In this document: positions 50,209 to 60,282 of the stretch, one piece after another
How the letters are laid out: each line of letters starts with the position of its first letter
Position numbering within the stretch: the first letter of the stretch is position 1
DNA from: Bacteriovoracaceae bacterium
GTDB lineage: Bacteria > Bdellovibrionota > Bacteriovoracia > Bacteriovoracales > Bacteriovoracaceae
Direction of reading: 5' to 3'
NCBI GenBank assembly: GCA_965217035.1
Contig: OZ244226.1
Coordinates: forward strand, 2,586,146-2,650,145
DNA length: 64,000 nt
The notes under the pieces: generated by a model
What the model was told of the DNA's origin: nothing
Seen by the model: only the letters and a program-made list of their open reading frames with translations
Database searches by the model: none
Made by a program: the position numbers and the translations under genes

Positions 50209-50281
50209 TTCACCTTCTATTTTAGCTCTGAAATCAAATTTTTTACTATACTAAGAACATTTTTTTTTCGATCCTAAGATT

Positions 50282-51289
50282 ATGGTTGTCTTGCAAGGTC
50301 TGGTATTCACATTCTTTTTAGCGTCTGGAGTCCAGCTTCTTCACTATTCATTACCAGCGGCCATCCAAGGAGTTCTTGGAGTTGTTGTTGTTGGGGTGCT
50401 AGTAAGCCTCATTATTAATAACTTTTTAAACCCAAGAAATTGGATCGAAAGGTATCGACCTGGAATAAAGTTTAGTTTTGATAAGCTTTTGAAGTTCTCT
50501 ATTGTTTTGCTAGGGCTTAGGATTTCTTTCCAAGAAATTTTAAGTATTGGTGGAAAAGGTCTTGTTTTAGTTCTTTGTACTATAAGTATTGGTTGGTTCG
50601 TTGCTCATAAGCTTGGAAGAATTTTAGGAGTTCCTAGAAAATTAGCAGGGTTGATTGGAATCGGAACTGCGGTTTGTGGAAATACCGCCATTTCAGCAAC
50701 TGGTCCCGCTATTGATGCCAGTGATGAAGAAATCTCTTTTGCGATTGCCACCAACACTCTGTTTGGGACTCTTGCCGTTTTCTTATATCCAGTGCTTGGA
50801 CATATTATAGGAATGAACGATCAAGCTTTTGGACTTTGGGCCGGAGCTGCTGTCAACGATACCTCCCAGGTCATTGCTACTGCATTCAGTTATTCCGACT
50901 CTGCTGGTGAAGTTGCGACAACAATTAAGTTAACTCGAAATACTCTGATGGGAGTCGTTATTGTTTTAGCGACTTCAATTTATGGAACCAATCAATCGAG
51001 TGAAAAACCGATGCTGATTAAGGTTCCAAATTTTGTTCTTCAGTTTTTAATTGTCGCGATTCTCAATTCTCTAGGCCTATTTGCATGGATTGATCAAAAT
51101 TTCTTTTCATTCATTGATCACGCCAAGCTCTTGACTCGCTTTTTAATTCTTATGGCGTTAATAGCAGTGGGTTTAAATACCAATCTTAAGGCAATCAAGA
51201 AGCTTGGGTTAAAACCGCTTATTTTAGGGATATCTTCGGCACTTACTGTTTCAATAACGAGTTTGATTTTGATAAATCTTCTTAGCTAA
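50282..51289 (+). CDS. YeiH-family putative sulfate/sulfite exporter
   Basis: IVLLGLRISF, GTAVCGNTAI, GAAVNDTSQV, KLTRN. Confidence 0.88.
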   Translation: MVVLQGLVFTFFLASGVQLLHYSLPAAIQGVLGVVVVGVLVSLIINNFLNPRNWIERYRPGIKFSFDKLLKFSIVLLGLRISFQEILSIGGKGLVLVLCTISIGWFVAHKLGRILGVPRKLAGLIGIGTAVCGNTAISATGPAIDASDEEISFAIATNTLFGTLAVFLYPVLGHIIGMNDQAFGLWAGAAVNDTSQVIATAFSYSDSAGEVATTIKLTRNTLMGVVIVLATSIYGTNQSSEKPMLIKVPNFVLQFLIVAILNSLGLFAWIDQNFFSFIDHAKLLTRFLILMALIAVGLNTNLKAIKKLGLKPLILGISSALTVSITSLILINLLS

Positions 51290-51557
51290 ACTTAGCGATG
51301 CCATTTTTATAGTATTCCGTCGCTTATAGACGTATTCACTAATGGCTCGTTTTTTCATCTTAGCAAAATATCAAAGGATTAAATTTAATCTCACGACCTC
51401 TAACAATTGATTGGTGGTAATCTGTCCATTCTGACCGGATTTTCTTGATAGGCTTATAGCGTTAAAGGTCAGTTTGGCCTCAGCATCTTGATCGTTTTGC
51501 TCATGCTGCACTTTGTAATCTTGTTGAAATTAAAAGAAATATGTAAAATCTACAAAG

Positions 51558-51574
51558 TTGGCAAAGGATTTGCT
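51558..51574 (+). promoter_or_regulatory. Sigma54-type promoter
   Basis: TTGGCAAAGGATTTGCT with exact GG-N10-GC spacing, ~95 nt before the receptor ATG. Confidence 0.65.
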
Positions 51575-51668
51575 TCTACCTTCAACATTGGTCCGAGTCA
51601 TTTAGGATGAAGAACTCGAGTAAAGAAGGCACCAGTCTTTTCTTTGCTTAATATTGGAGGAAGTCAAA

Positions 51669-54209
51669 ATGAAATTAAAAGCAATTACAATGAGCATGAT
51701 GTTGGCAGGATCCCTTTGTGCTCAAGAGTCCGCAGCGGAACTTTCATCGAACTCAAACACAAGTTCGACAGAAATTGAAAGTGAAGCTCCTGTTGAATCT
51801 TCACAAGTCGAGAAGATTGAAGTTACCGGTTCACTTATTAAGCGAGTCGATGTGGAGGGACCTTCACCGGTTCGAACCATTGACCGAGAAGCGATTGAGA
51901 AAGCTGGTCATAACTCTGTCGGGGATATTCTAAGAAATCTTTCCTCTAACTCATTTGGTTCTGCTCGTGAGTCATCTGGATCGAGTGCAGCAGGTGTTGC
52001 AACGGTCAGCCTCAAAGGTCTCGGAGCTGGAAACACGCTTGTTCTTATGAACGGACAGAGAATGGCAAGAGACGGTGTGATGGAAGCACCAGATCTTAAC
52101 CTTATTCCTGTAGGTGCGATTGAGAGAATCGAAATTCTCAATGACGGTGCTTCGGCAACATACGGTACAGACGCTCTTGGTGGTGTTGTAAACGTTATTA
52201 CTAAAAAAGACTGGAACGGGACTGAAGTGATGGTTCGTCATGAGCAGTCTGAAGAAACTGGTGGTAACCTTTCAACTGTAAGTGCTGCTTATGGTGGGAC
52301 AACTGGAAAACTTAATTCAATGATTACGATTCAAGCTCGTAACAATACAAAGGTAATGGCTGCTGATAGAGATTGGACTCGAGGCGGAGAAAGTACTTTC
52401 GCTCCAACATCAAATTATCAGACAGGGACAAACTCAACTGTAGCAAGTCCTAACTGTCCAGCAGAAGCTCGTCAAGACGGTCTTTGTATCTATGATTATA
52501 CGACATCGGCTTCTTCTATTCCTGAAATTCAGCAGGCTAATGTCTTAACAGAATTTAATTATCAAATGTCTGCAAATACTGAGCTTTCATTAACAGCTTC
52601 AGGGACAAGAAAAGAAACAAACTGGAACTACGCTCCGAATGCTGCTTTTTTCACGATCCAAGGTGCCTTTGCTGATAGTCTTAATCTTCCAGGGCATACT
52701 GCAGGTGATGCTATCAATGTTCGTAACAGAGTTGTTCAAGCTGGAACACGAGATACAGAAATTACGACGAATGCTTTTAGAGTTTCTCCTAAATGGACTC
52801 AGTACTTAAGTGATACTTGGGAAATGCAAGTAGTTGCAGGGCATGAAGAAGTTAAAAGAAATGATCTTGGTGTCGGTGGTTATCTTTTAAGAGATAAAAT
52901 GGAGCAATACTCTAACGATGGAACTTATAATCCAATCGATGGTACTGGGGTCATTCCTCAAGATGCTTTCCATCAAACACAAACACAGACTCGATCTGAT
53001 GTTACTTTTTCTGAAGTTAAGTTTTCAGGAGAGTTATTTGATATGCCAGCTGGTCCAATGGCCATGGCGATTGGTGGTGGTTTTATCGATGAGTCTTACT
53101 CAGATAGACTTGATGAAGAATCACTAAATGGAAATGTTTTAGGATCTGCTGGGGCTGAAGGTGCTGGTAAGAGACAAGTTAATTATGTTTTTACAGAGTT
53201 TGCAATTCCTGTTCATGAGACTCTTGAAATGCAAGTTTCTGGAAGATTTGATTCTTACTCTGACTTTGGTCAAACAGTGAATCCAAAGCTTGCGATGAAG
53301 TACCGTCCAAATGATTGGTTAATGGTAAGAGCATCTGCAGGGACTGGATTTAGAGCTCCATCACTACAAAATCTTTATGGTGCAGCTTCTGAAGGGAACC
53401 CGACTTTTATTGACCATGCAGGTTGTGCAAATGGTGTCGCTGAAGCTTGTAATCCTATGCAACATACTGCGAGAATTGATTCAAATCAGGATTTAACTGA
53501 AGAGACTTCTAATTCTTATAACTTAGGTTTTATGGTTGAGCCGAATAAGAGTTTTAGCTTTGGAGTTGATCTTTGGAGATTAGAAACTTCTAATATCGTT
53601 GATGTTGATATTGAGGCGTTAACACTTGCTGAGAAAAACGGAGTCGATCTTTCTCAATTCGGAACAGATATCGTAAGAAACGGAGCTGGTGAAATCTTAG
53701 TCGTAGAGACACAATACCAAAACGTTTCTCAAAGAAATGTTGATGGGATGGATCTTAATATCAATAGTAATTTTGATACTGGGATTGGTTCATTCTACTT
53801 TGGAAATACCTTGACTTACCTTTTCAACTTCGAAGAGGCGAGAAGACCAGGTGCAGAACTTGAAGAAAGATTGAAGACAAATCAAAATGGTATTGCAAGA
53901 CCACAGTGGAGAAACAATCTTTCTGTTGATTATATCCCCACAGATAAGCTTGCTGTAAATCTTTCATTCTTAACGACTGGAAGGTTTGATAAAGCAATTG
54001 CAACTGAAGGAAGTATCAATGACTACACTCAAGTTGATGCACAAGTTGCGTACGCACTTACAGACAGCTCGAGAATCACTGTCGGAGGAGTTAACGTTTT
54101 CGGAACAACTCCAAACCTTGATGATTCTGATCCAAATAACAGATTAAACGCTAGTATCTTTGATCCAAGAGGAAGAAGATACTTCATGGCATACAAACAA
54201 AACTTCTAA
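51669..54209 (+). CDS. TonB-dependent outer-membrane receptor
   Basis: EKIEVTGSLIKR TonB box, plug IERIEILNDGASATYGTDALGGVVN, GTGFRAPSL, C-terminal GRRYF...NF. Confidence 0.95.
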   Translation: MKLKAITMSMMLAGSLCAQESAAELSSNSNTSSTEIESEAPVESSQVEKIEVTGSLIKRVDVEGPSPVRTIDREAIEKAGHNSVGDILRNLSSNSFGSARESSGSSAAGVATVSLKGLGAGNTLVLMNGQRMARDGVMEAPDLNLIPVGAIERIEILNDGASATYGTDALGGVVNVITKKDWNGTEVMVRHEQSEETGGNLSTVSAAYGGTTGKLNSMITIQARNNTKVMAADRDWTRGGESTFAPTSNYQTGTNSTVASPNCPAEARQDGLCIYDYTTSASSIPEIQQANVLTEFNYQMSANTELSLTASGTRKETNWNYAPNAAFFTIQGAFADSLNLPGHTAGDAINVRNRVVQAGTRDTEITTNAFRVSPKWTQYLSDTWEMQVVAGHEEVKRNDLGVGGYLLRDKMEQYSNDGTYNPIDGTGVIPQDAFHQTQTQTRSDVTFSEVKFSGELFDMPAGPMAMAIGGGFIDESYSDRLDEESLNGNVLGSAGAEGAGKRQVNYVFTEFAIPVHETLEMQVSGRFDSYSDFGQTVNPKLAMKYRPNDWLMVRASAGTGFRAPSLQNLYGAASEGNPTFIDHAGCANGVAEACNPMQHTARIDSNQDLTEETSNSYNLGFMVEPNKSFSFGVDLWRLETSNIVDVDIEALTLAEKNGVDLSQFGTDIVRNGAGEILVVETQYQNVSQRNVDGMDLNINSNFDTGIGSFYFGNTLTYLFNFEEARRPGAELEERLKTNQNGIARPQWRNNLSVDYIPTDKLAVNLSFLTTGRFDKAIATEGSINDYTQVDAQVAYALTDSSRITVGGVNVFGTTPNLDDSDPNNRLNASIFDPRGRRYFMAYKQNF

Positions 54210-54226
54210 TTAAGGTAGGAAGCAAA

Positions 54227-54991
54227 ATGAAGAAAAACAAACTGGCTATCGGATTCATTTTGCTTTCTCTCAGCACCTCAGTACTGGGAGAAGCGAAACT
54301 AGACAAAGTAGCAAAAAAACAAACGGCAGCAGAGAACGACGCTCGGACAAGCCAAAAGAAGATTAACAAACTCGACGATGAAGCAGCAGTCTTGCTTCAA
54401 AAGTACCGACAAACGTTGAAGAAAATCGAAAATGCGAAAGTTTATAATGAGCAACTTCGCAAGTTGATTGAACAGCAGAAACAAGAGAAGGTTGATGTTG
54501 TTGCTCAAATCGATTCTCTCAAAAATACAAATCAAGGGATTGTTCCTTTGATGCTTAAAATGACGAAAACATTAGAAGAATTTGTAAAACTTGATGTTCC
54601 TTTTCTTCCAGAGGAGAGAAATAAGAGAATTACAGATATCACATCGATGATGGACAGAGCGGACATTTCCACTTCTGAAAAATTTAGGAGAGTTTTAGAA
54701 GCTTACCAGGTTGAAAATGAATATGGGCGAACAATTGAAGCCTATAGAGGAATTGTAAAACGTGATCAAAAAGATATTACGGTTGACTTTCTTCGCCTTG
54801 GAAGAATTAGTCTCATGTATCAAACTCTTGATGGTGGAGTTTCCGCTATGTGGGATCATGACAGCGGTAAATGGGTTGACCTTGATTCTGATTTCAAAAG
54901 AGGAATCAAAGAAGGTCTTGCCATGGCAAGAAAGCAAAGAGCCCCTAGTCTGATCAAAATGCCTATTACTAAACCTGGGAGTGTCCTGTGA
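54227..54991 (+). CDS. DUF3450 / TtpB-like protein
   Basis: LDVPFLPEER, SEKFRRVLEAYQVENEYGR, FLRLGRISL. Confidence 0.85.
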   Translation: MKKNKLAIGFILLSLSTSVLGEAKLDKVAKKQTAAENDARTSQKKINKLDDEAAVLLQKYRQTLKKIENAKVYNEQLRKLIEQQKQEKVDVVAQIDSLKNTNQGIVPLMLKMTKTLEEFVKLDVPFLPEERNKRITDITSMMDRADISTSEKFRRVLEAYQVENEYGRTIEAYRGIVKRDQKDITVDFLRLGRISLMYQTLDGGVSAMWDHDSGKWVDLDSDFKRGIKEGLAMARKQRAPSLIKMPITKPGSVL

Positions 54992-56325
54992 AACTATTAT
55001 CAGCACTAAAGTTTATTTTAATAAGTCTACTAACATTCAATATCTATGCGACACCAAGTAACTTGGATCAGCTTCTAAAGACGGTTGTCGAGCAAAGAGG
55101 AGTGCAACAGAAAGAACTTAAATCAAGAGAAGCTAAGTTTAGGGCGGAAAAAAACAAACAAGCAGCGATGCTAAAGAAAGCATCAGTTGAACTTTCTGCT
55201 CTCGAGAAAATTACAGCGAAGCTCACCTCTGAGTTTGAAAGTAATGAGAAAGATCTCGCAATTCTCGAACAAAAACTCAATATAGCAGCAGGGACATTAG
55301 GTGAAATGTTTGGTGTTGTTAAACAAGTTGCAGGTGATTTCAAAGGACAATTCCAAAACTCTATCATCTCAGCTCAGTTCAAAGCTCGTGATAAATTTAT
55401 GGAAGGTCTTGCTGAGAAGAAGAAACTTCCAGGAATCGAGCAGTTAGAACAGCTTTGGTTTGAGATTCAAAGAGAAATGACCGAGTCTGGTAAAGTCACT
55501 CAGTTCAAAGCACAAGTTGTTCTTCCAGACGGGTCTAAGCAAGACTCTACAGTAACAAGAGTGGGTTCATTCAATCTTATTACTGATGGGAAATACTTAA
55601 CTTACCAAGGGGCTACAGATCAGCTCATTGAACTTCCAAGACAACCGGCCGGTAAGTATTTATCGATGGCGGATGATCTTGAAGGAACAAGCGATGCAAT
55701 TAATGCTTTTGGTATCGATCCATCAAGAGGAGCGATTCTTTCGATGCTTGTTCAAGCTCCTAGTTTAATGGAACGTCTTGAGCAGGGTGGACTTGTTGGT
55801 TATGTTATTTTAACTCTTCTTCTTATTGGTCTGATCATTGTTGCTGAGAGAATGATCACTCTCAACAAAGAAGACAAGAAAATTAAAGCTCAATTAGCTT
55901 CAGACAAGGTGATTGAAGGAAATCCACTTGGAAAGCTTATGAATGTCTTTGAGCAAAATAAAGATAAAGATGTCGAAACGCTTGAAATAAAAATGGATGA
56001 GACGATTATTAAAACTCTTCCAACTTTTGAGAAGCGCATTCCAATTATTAAGATTTTATCAGCGGTAGCGCCACTTTTAGGCCTTTTGGGGACTGTGACA
56101 GGTATGATAGCCACCTTCCAGTCAATCACTTTGTTCGGTACGGGTGATCCTAAATTGATGGCGGGAGGAATATCAACGGCACTTATTACGACCGTACTCG
56201 GTCTAGTATGTGCCATTCCTCTTTTACTTCTTCATAATCTGGTTTCTTCTAAGTCGAAGAATCTTATCCAGGTCCTTGAAGAGCAAAGTGCAGGTTATTT
56301 AGCTCTTAAAGCTGAAAGCAAATAA
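54988..56325 (+). CDS. TtpC-like long MotA/TolQ/ExbB protein
   Basis: Coiled-coil N-terminus, IDPSRG, APLLGLLGTVTGMI, GDPKLMAGGIS. Confidence 0.9.
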   Translation: MKLLSALKFILISLLTFNIYATPSNLDQLLKTVVEQRGVQQKELKSREAKFRAEKNKQAAMLKKASVELSALEKITAKLTSEFESNEKDLAILEQKLNIAAGTLGEMFGVVKQVAGDFKGQFQNSIISAQFKARDKFMEGLAEKKKLPGIEQLEQLWFEIQREMTESGKVTQFKAQVVLPDGSKQDSTVTRVGSFNLITDGKYLTYQGATDQLIELPRQPAGKYLSMADDLEGTSDAINAFGIDPSRGAILSMLVQAPSLMERLEQGGLVGYVILTLLLIGLIIVAERMITLNKEDKKIKAQLASDKVIEGNPLGKLMNVFEQNKDKDVETLEIKMDETIIKTLPTFEKRIPIIKILSAVAPLLGLLGTVTGMIATFQSITLFGTGDPKLMAGGISTALITTVLGLVCAIPLLLLHNLVSSKSKNLIQVLEEQSAGYLALKAESK

Positions 56326-56336
56326 GGAAGTCGGAG

Positions 56337-56858
56337 ATGATTGGACAGTTTTTTGAAACATTATCTGATTTTCTGAACTCCGGTGGAGATGTCCTCAAGG
56401 TCATCTTTGGCACAAGCTTTTTATTGTGGGCAATCATTGTTGAGAGAGTAGTCTTCTTTAAAGCAAAATTTCCCGAAATCAATAACGATCTTAAAGAGAA
56501 ATGGGCACAGCGATCAGACAAGAAGACTTGGTTTGCTCAACAAATTCGAGTGTTTGAGCTTTCGCAGGCAAGTATTTTATTGAATAAAAATATCTCATTC
56601 ATTAAAGTTCTGATTTCTCTTTGTCCTCTACTGGGGCTTTTAGGAACAGTAACAGGTATGATTGCGGTTTTTGATGTCATGGCAGCTACCGGTACGGGTG
56701 ATGCACGCTCCATGGCATCGGGAATTTCGATGGCCACCATTCCTACTATGGCAGGAATGGTAATCGCTCTTTCTGGACTATTTTTTAATAACTATTTTGA
56801 AAACCAAGCGAATAGGGCGCGTCTTCAACTGGAGTCAAGCATGCCCTTGGAGCTTTAG
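56337..56858 (+). CDS. exbB: ExbB proton channel protein
   Basis: CPLLGLLGTVTGMI, MASGISMATIPTMAG. Confidence 0.9.
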   Translation: MIGQFFETLSDFLNSGGDVLKVIFGTSFLLWAIIVERVVFFKAKFPEINNDLKEKWAQRSDKKTWFAQQIRVFELSQASILLNKNISFIKVLISLCPLLGLLGTVTGMIAVFDVMAATGTGDARSMASGISMATIPTMAGMVIALSGLFFNNYFENQANRARLQLESSMPLEL

Positions 56859-56867
56859 GAGTAAGAT

Positions 56868-57272
56868 ATGAGAAAACAAAGAATTGCAGCATCTGAAGAT
56901 ACAGGAGTTGACCTCACTCCGATGCTTGATGTTGTCTTCATCATGTTAATCTTTTTTATAGTTACAACTTCATTTGTAAAAGAATCAGGAATTCACGTTA
57001 AAAGACCAAGTGCTGCTTCTGCTGAGAAGAAGGAACGTGCTTCTATTTTAATTGCAGTTAACCAAGCAGGTGATGTTTGGATTGATAAAAGAAAAGTTGA
57101 TATTCGTTCAGTACGAGCGAATGTCGAGAGACTTCACGCTGAAAGTCCTGAAGGGGCTGTGGTTATTCAAGCAGACAAAGGTTCTGAAACTGGAGTCGTT
57201 GTTCAAGTGATGGATCAGGTTCGTCTTGCAGGTGTTCTTGATGTTTCTCTAGCAGCAACAGCAAAGCAATAG
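56868..57272 (+). CDS. exbD: ExbD
   Basis: DLTPMLDVVFIMLIFFIVT, VIQADK. Confidence 0.93.
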   Translation: MRKQRIAASEDTGVDLTPMLDVVFIMLIFFIVTTSFVKESGIHVKRPSAASAEKKERASILIAVNQAGDVWIDKRKVDIRSVRANVERLHAESPEGAVVIQADKGSETGVVVQVMDQVRLAGVLDVSLAATAKQ

Positions 57273-57281
57273 GAGAGGGAG

Positions 57282-57947
57282 ATGGATGCCAGAAAAATTA
57301 ATGGTTTAAAGGCTATCATTATCAAATCACCTTTGTTATCTGGACTTGTTAGTTTTCCAATCACATTGTTTCTTTTTGCTATTATGGCAAACCTTGTTCA
57401 AAATGGAGCCGATCTAGGGAAGTCTTCAGATACTGAAAACTTTATTGATTTTCTTAGAAGTACCTCTGTGAGAACAGCTGAAACGAAGAAACGCGTTCTT
57501 CCTAAAAAACCACCTGAACCGAAAGTTCAACCTAAGATGCCAAAAATGGCAGTGAAGTCAGCTTCAAAACCATCTTCTCCAAAGATGGCGATGAATACAC
57601 CGGCGCTTGCAAATCCTTTAGCATTTGGAAGTGGCCCTTATCTTGGTGGAGGAGTTGGTGCTGGTTCAAGTGATAGTGATGTTATTCCTTTAGTTCGAAT
57701 CGAACCTCAATACCCAAGAAAAGCAGCGATGCAAGGGAAAGAAGGTTGGGTTCAGTTAAAGTTTGATATCACAGAAACAGGTGCGGTTACGAATGTTGAT
57801 ATCGTCAAGTCGAATCCTCGTAGGCTTTTTGATTCGGCTGCAAAAAAAGCACTTTATAAATGGAAGTACCGTCCTAAAATGGTAGATGGTAAACCAACGA
57901 AGCAAACGAATATTATGGTTCAACTCGATTTTAAAATCCAAAAGTAG
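57282..57947 (+). CDS. tonB: TonB energy transducer
   Basis: TM anchor, Pro/Lys linker, PQYPRKA..EGWV..FDI..KWKYRP. Confidence 0.93.
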   Translation: MDARKINGLKAIIIKSPLLSGLVSFPITLFLFAIMANLVQNGADLGKSSDTENFIDFLRSTSVRTAETKKRVLPKKPPEPKVQPKMPKMAVKSASKPSSPKMAMNTPALANPLAFGSGPYLGGGVGAGSSDSDVIPLVRIEPQYPRKAAMQGKEGWVQLKFDITETGAVTNVDIVKSNPRRLFDSAAKKALYKWKYRPKMVDGKPTKQTNIMVQLDFKIQK

Positions 57948-57953
57948 GTAAAT

Positions 57954-59168
57954 ATGCTAAGGCTATCAATATTATTACTTATTTCTAACTTAAGTTTTGC
58001 TAATATGGCAGAAAGAAAAGCTGAGCTTTCGAAACGTAAAGCCGGACTTGTCTCAAAAAGCATTAATAAAAGACTTGAACGGGCCTATCATTATATGGCC
58101 AACAACGGCTATCCTGATGCGATTAAGCTTCTAAAGAAAACTGTTGAGAGTGCGGGGTCTAATAAGTTTGCGAAAGCAAAGGTGACGCAGACCCTTGCTT
58201 ATGCCTATGCTCAAAGTGAGAAGCATGATCTGGCAAGAAAAGCTTTTGAAAGTGCTTTGAAACTTGATGCTTTACCGCTTCAACCAACGTTACAAAGTAT
58301 GTTTGCTCTTGCTCAGCTAAAATCTCTTAATAATGAGAAAAAGGCTGCCCTTAAATTGATGACAGACTATATGGCATTAACTCAAAAACTTTCTCCTGAA
58401 GCTTTTGTGTTTGCAGCAACGCTCTATCATGAAATGGGAAATAAAAATAAAGCTCTTGAATTTGTAGAGAAGGCGATCAACTCGAGTGCAAAACCTAAAG
58501 AGAACTGGCTGACATTTGCTGTTTCTCTTCATTATGAAAAGCAAAACTATAAAAAAGCTGAGAAGTACTTAAAGTTTCTTGCAGCCATTGCACCAACAAA
58601 AAAGATTTACTGGTCTCAACTGGCAGGAGCTCTGATTAATCAAAACAAAGAAACTCAGGCGACAACAATTATGAGTCTTGCTTATCATATGGGTCTTCTC
58701 GATAAAGAGTCTGAAATTCTTAATATTTCTTCTCTCTATCTTTCAACGGATATGCCGTTTGAAGCTTCTAAGCTTTTGGAGAAAGCGTTAAAAGATAAAA
58801 AAGTGAAAGAGTCTAAAAAATCTCTTGAGATGCTTGCGACTTCTCTTGCGTCAGCCCGAGAAACAAAAAAAGCAATGAAACCTCTCAAAAGAGCAGCTGA
58901 ATTAGCTGATGATGGAAAATTATTTGCTTACTATGCAAGTCTTCTGCTAGATCAAGAGAAATGGCAGTCAGCTCTATCTGCTTTTCAAAATGCTATCAAA
59001 AAAGGTGGAGTGAAAGACGAAGGGAATCTTTTGGTTGGCCAAGGGATTGCTCTCTTACAGCTCGATAAAAAAGAGGAAGCTCAGTCGATGTTTCTTAAGG
59101 CCTTAACTCATGACAAGGTAAAAAAACAAGCGAGTCAGTGGTTAACATTTCTAGAAAATAAACAATAA
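57954..59168 (+). CDS. TPR protein (TtpD-like)
   Basis: Signal peptide, TPR helices, terminal ASQWLTFL; last gene of the operon. Confidence 0.8.
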   Translation: MLRLSILLLISNLSFANMAERKAELSKRKAGLVSKSINKRLERAYHYMANNGYPDAIKLLKKTVESAGSNKFAKAKVTQTLAYAYAQSEKHDLARKAFESALKLDALPLQPTLQSMFALAQLKSLNNEKKAALKLMTDYMALTQKLSPEAFVFAATLYHEMGNKNKALEFVEKAINSSAKPKENWLTFAVSLHYEKQNYKKAEKYLKFLAAIAPTKKIYWSQLAGALINQNKETQATTIMSLAYHMGLLDKESEILNISSLYLSTDMPFEASKLLEKALKDKKVKESKKSLEMLATSLASARETKKAMKPLKRAAELADDGKLFAYYASLLLDQEKWQSALSAFQNAIKKGGVKDEGNLLVGQGIALLQLDKKEEAQSMFLKALTHDKVKKQASQWLTFLENKQ

Positions 59169-59177
59169 AAAAGTAGA

Positions 59178-59198
59178 GGGTGTCTTTAAAAGGCGCCC
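59178..59198 (+). terminator. Hairpin after TonB operon
   Basis: GGGTGTCTT/AAGGCGCCC stem; no clear T-tract. Confidence 0.45.
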
Positions 59199-59358
59199 CA
59201 GTGAATTTCAGTTCTCTCAATAATCTCCAGAAACATTAATAGGGTTAAGAAGTGAGTCTTAGACTTTGTTAAGAGCGTAAATATTACAAAAGTGGTGCGT
59301 TGAGTTGTTATTTGGTGATATATACTTTTCGTTACTAAATCACCGAAAGGACGGAATT

Positions 59359-60282
59359 ATGAAGAGATTAATTGCTTTTTTATTATTACTTCAATTTAAC
59401 AGCTTCGCTCAAACGCAGCCAAGTGTTGAGGGCCAAAGATTAGAGATTATTGCTCAGAATATTAAACTTTTACTTGAACTAGATCGACTTTCAAGTGTTG
59501 GTGAGGGACTTGCGACTGATGTTCTAGGAGTAAGAGATAGAGATATGGCAAAAGATGGATCAGATCTAATTTCTTCTGGTGCTATCACAATTGTAGCTGC
59601 CTTTTGGGTTGCAAGTTCAATGACTCAAGACGCTGCTGATAATGGAGCAGGTATTTTTGCTATTTCAGCAGGTGCTCCAATGATCTTAGCAAGTGCAGCT
59701 GGAGTTGGTTCTTCTGCTGTCGGGTCAAGTATGCAATTTCAATCGTCTACAAGTATCGGAACAAGTGCTAACGGACTTGTTCATAAAGTTGTAAGTGGTG
59801 AAGATAAACAAAAAGTTGCTGATGCTGAAAATAAAATTAAAATAGAAGTTCCAAAGATCGCAAGTTTTCTTAAAGATTCTTTCGACTTAACAGCTGAAGA
59901 GACTGAAAAATTAAAGAACATAATTCTAAATGAGTACAATAGAGCTTTTGTTCATAACAATGAAAGAAATGGTGAGTATACAGCCTCAATTTGTCCTAAA
60001 AACATTCATGAGTTGATGATCGAAAACAATATTGCTTCTGCAAAAGTAGGGAGATATTTAGAGATCAAAAAAGAGTTAGAAGAAATTCAAGCCGAAGTTT
60101 CAAAAATGAGCGAAGTTGATAAAATGGCGTTCTCTAGAGAAGTTCAGTTAGATGTTCAAGATGTTCTTCTAAAACTTTTAAAAGGTCATTATGAGCAGAC
60201 TGGAAATGAAGAAGGATTCATTTATATTACAAAGCTTTTCAAAAAGCACCAGCTTCTTAAAGAGCTTCAACAAAAAAACTAA
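59359..60282 (+). CDS. Secreted hypothetical protein with hydrophobic Gly/Ala/Ser hairpin
   Basis: MKRLIAFLLLLQFNSFA leader. Confidence 0.7.
   Translation: MKRLIAFLLLLQFNSFAQTQPSVEGQRLEIIAQNIKLLLELDRLSSVGEGLATDVLGVRDRDMAKDGSDLISSGAITIVAAFWVASSMTQDAADNGAGIFAISAGAPMILASAAGVGSSAVGSSMQFQSSTSIGTSANGLVHKVVSGEDKQKVADAENKIKIEVPKIASFLKDSFDLTAEETEKLKNIILNEYNRAFVHNNERNGEYTASICPKNIHELMIENNIASAKVGRYLEIKKELEEIQAEVSKMSEVDKMAFSREVQLDVQDVLLKLLKGHYEQTGNEEGFIYITKLFKKHQLLKELQQKN

Noticed and set aside
51290..51660. Cobalamin or other riboswitch upstream of the TonB receptor
   Set aside because: No B12-box or other recognisable aptamer consensus; only small hairpins.
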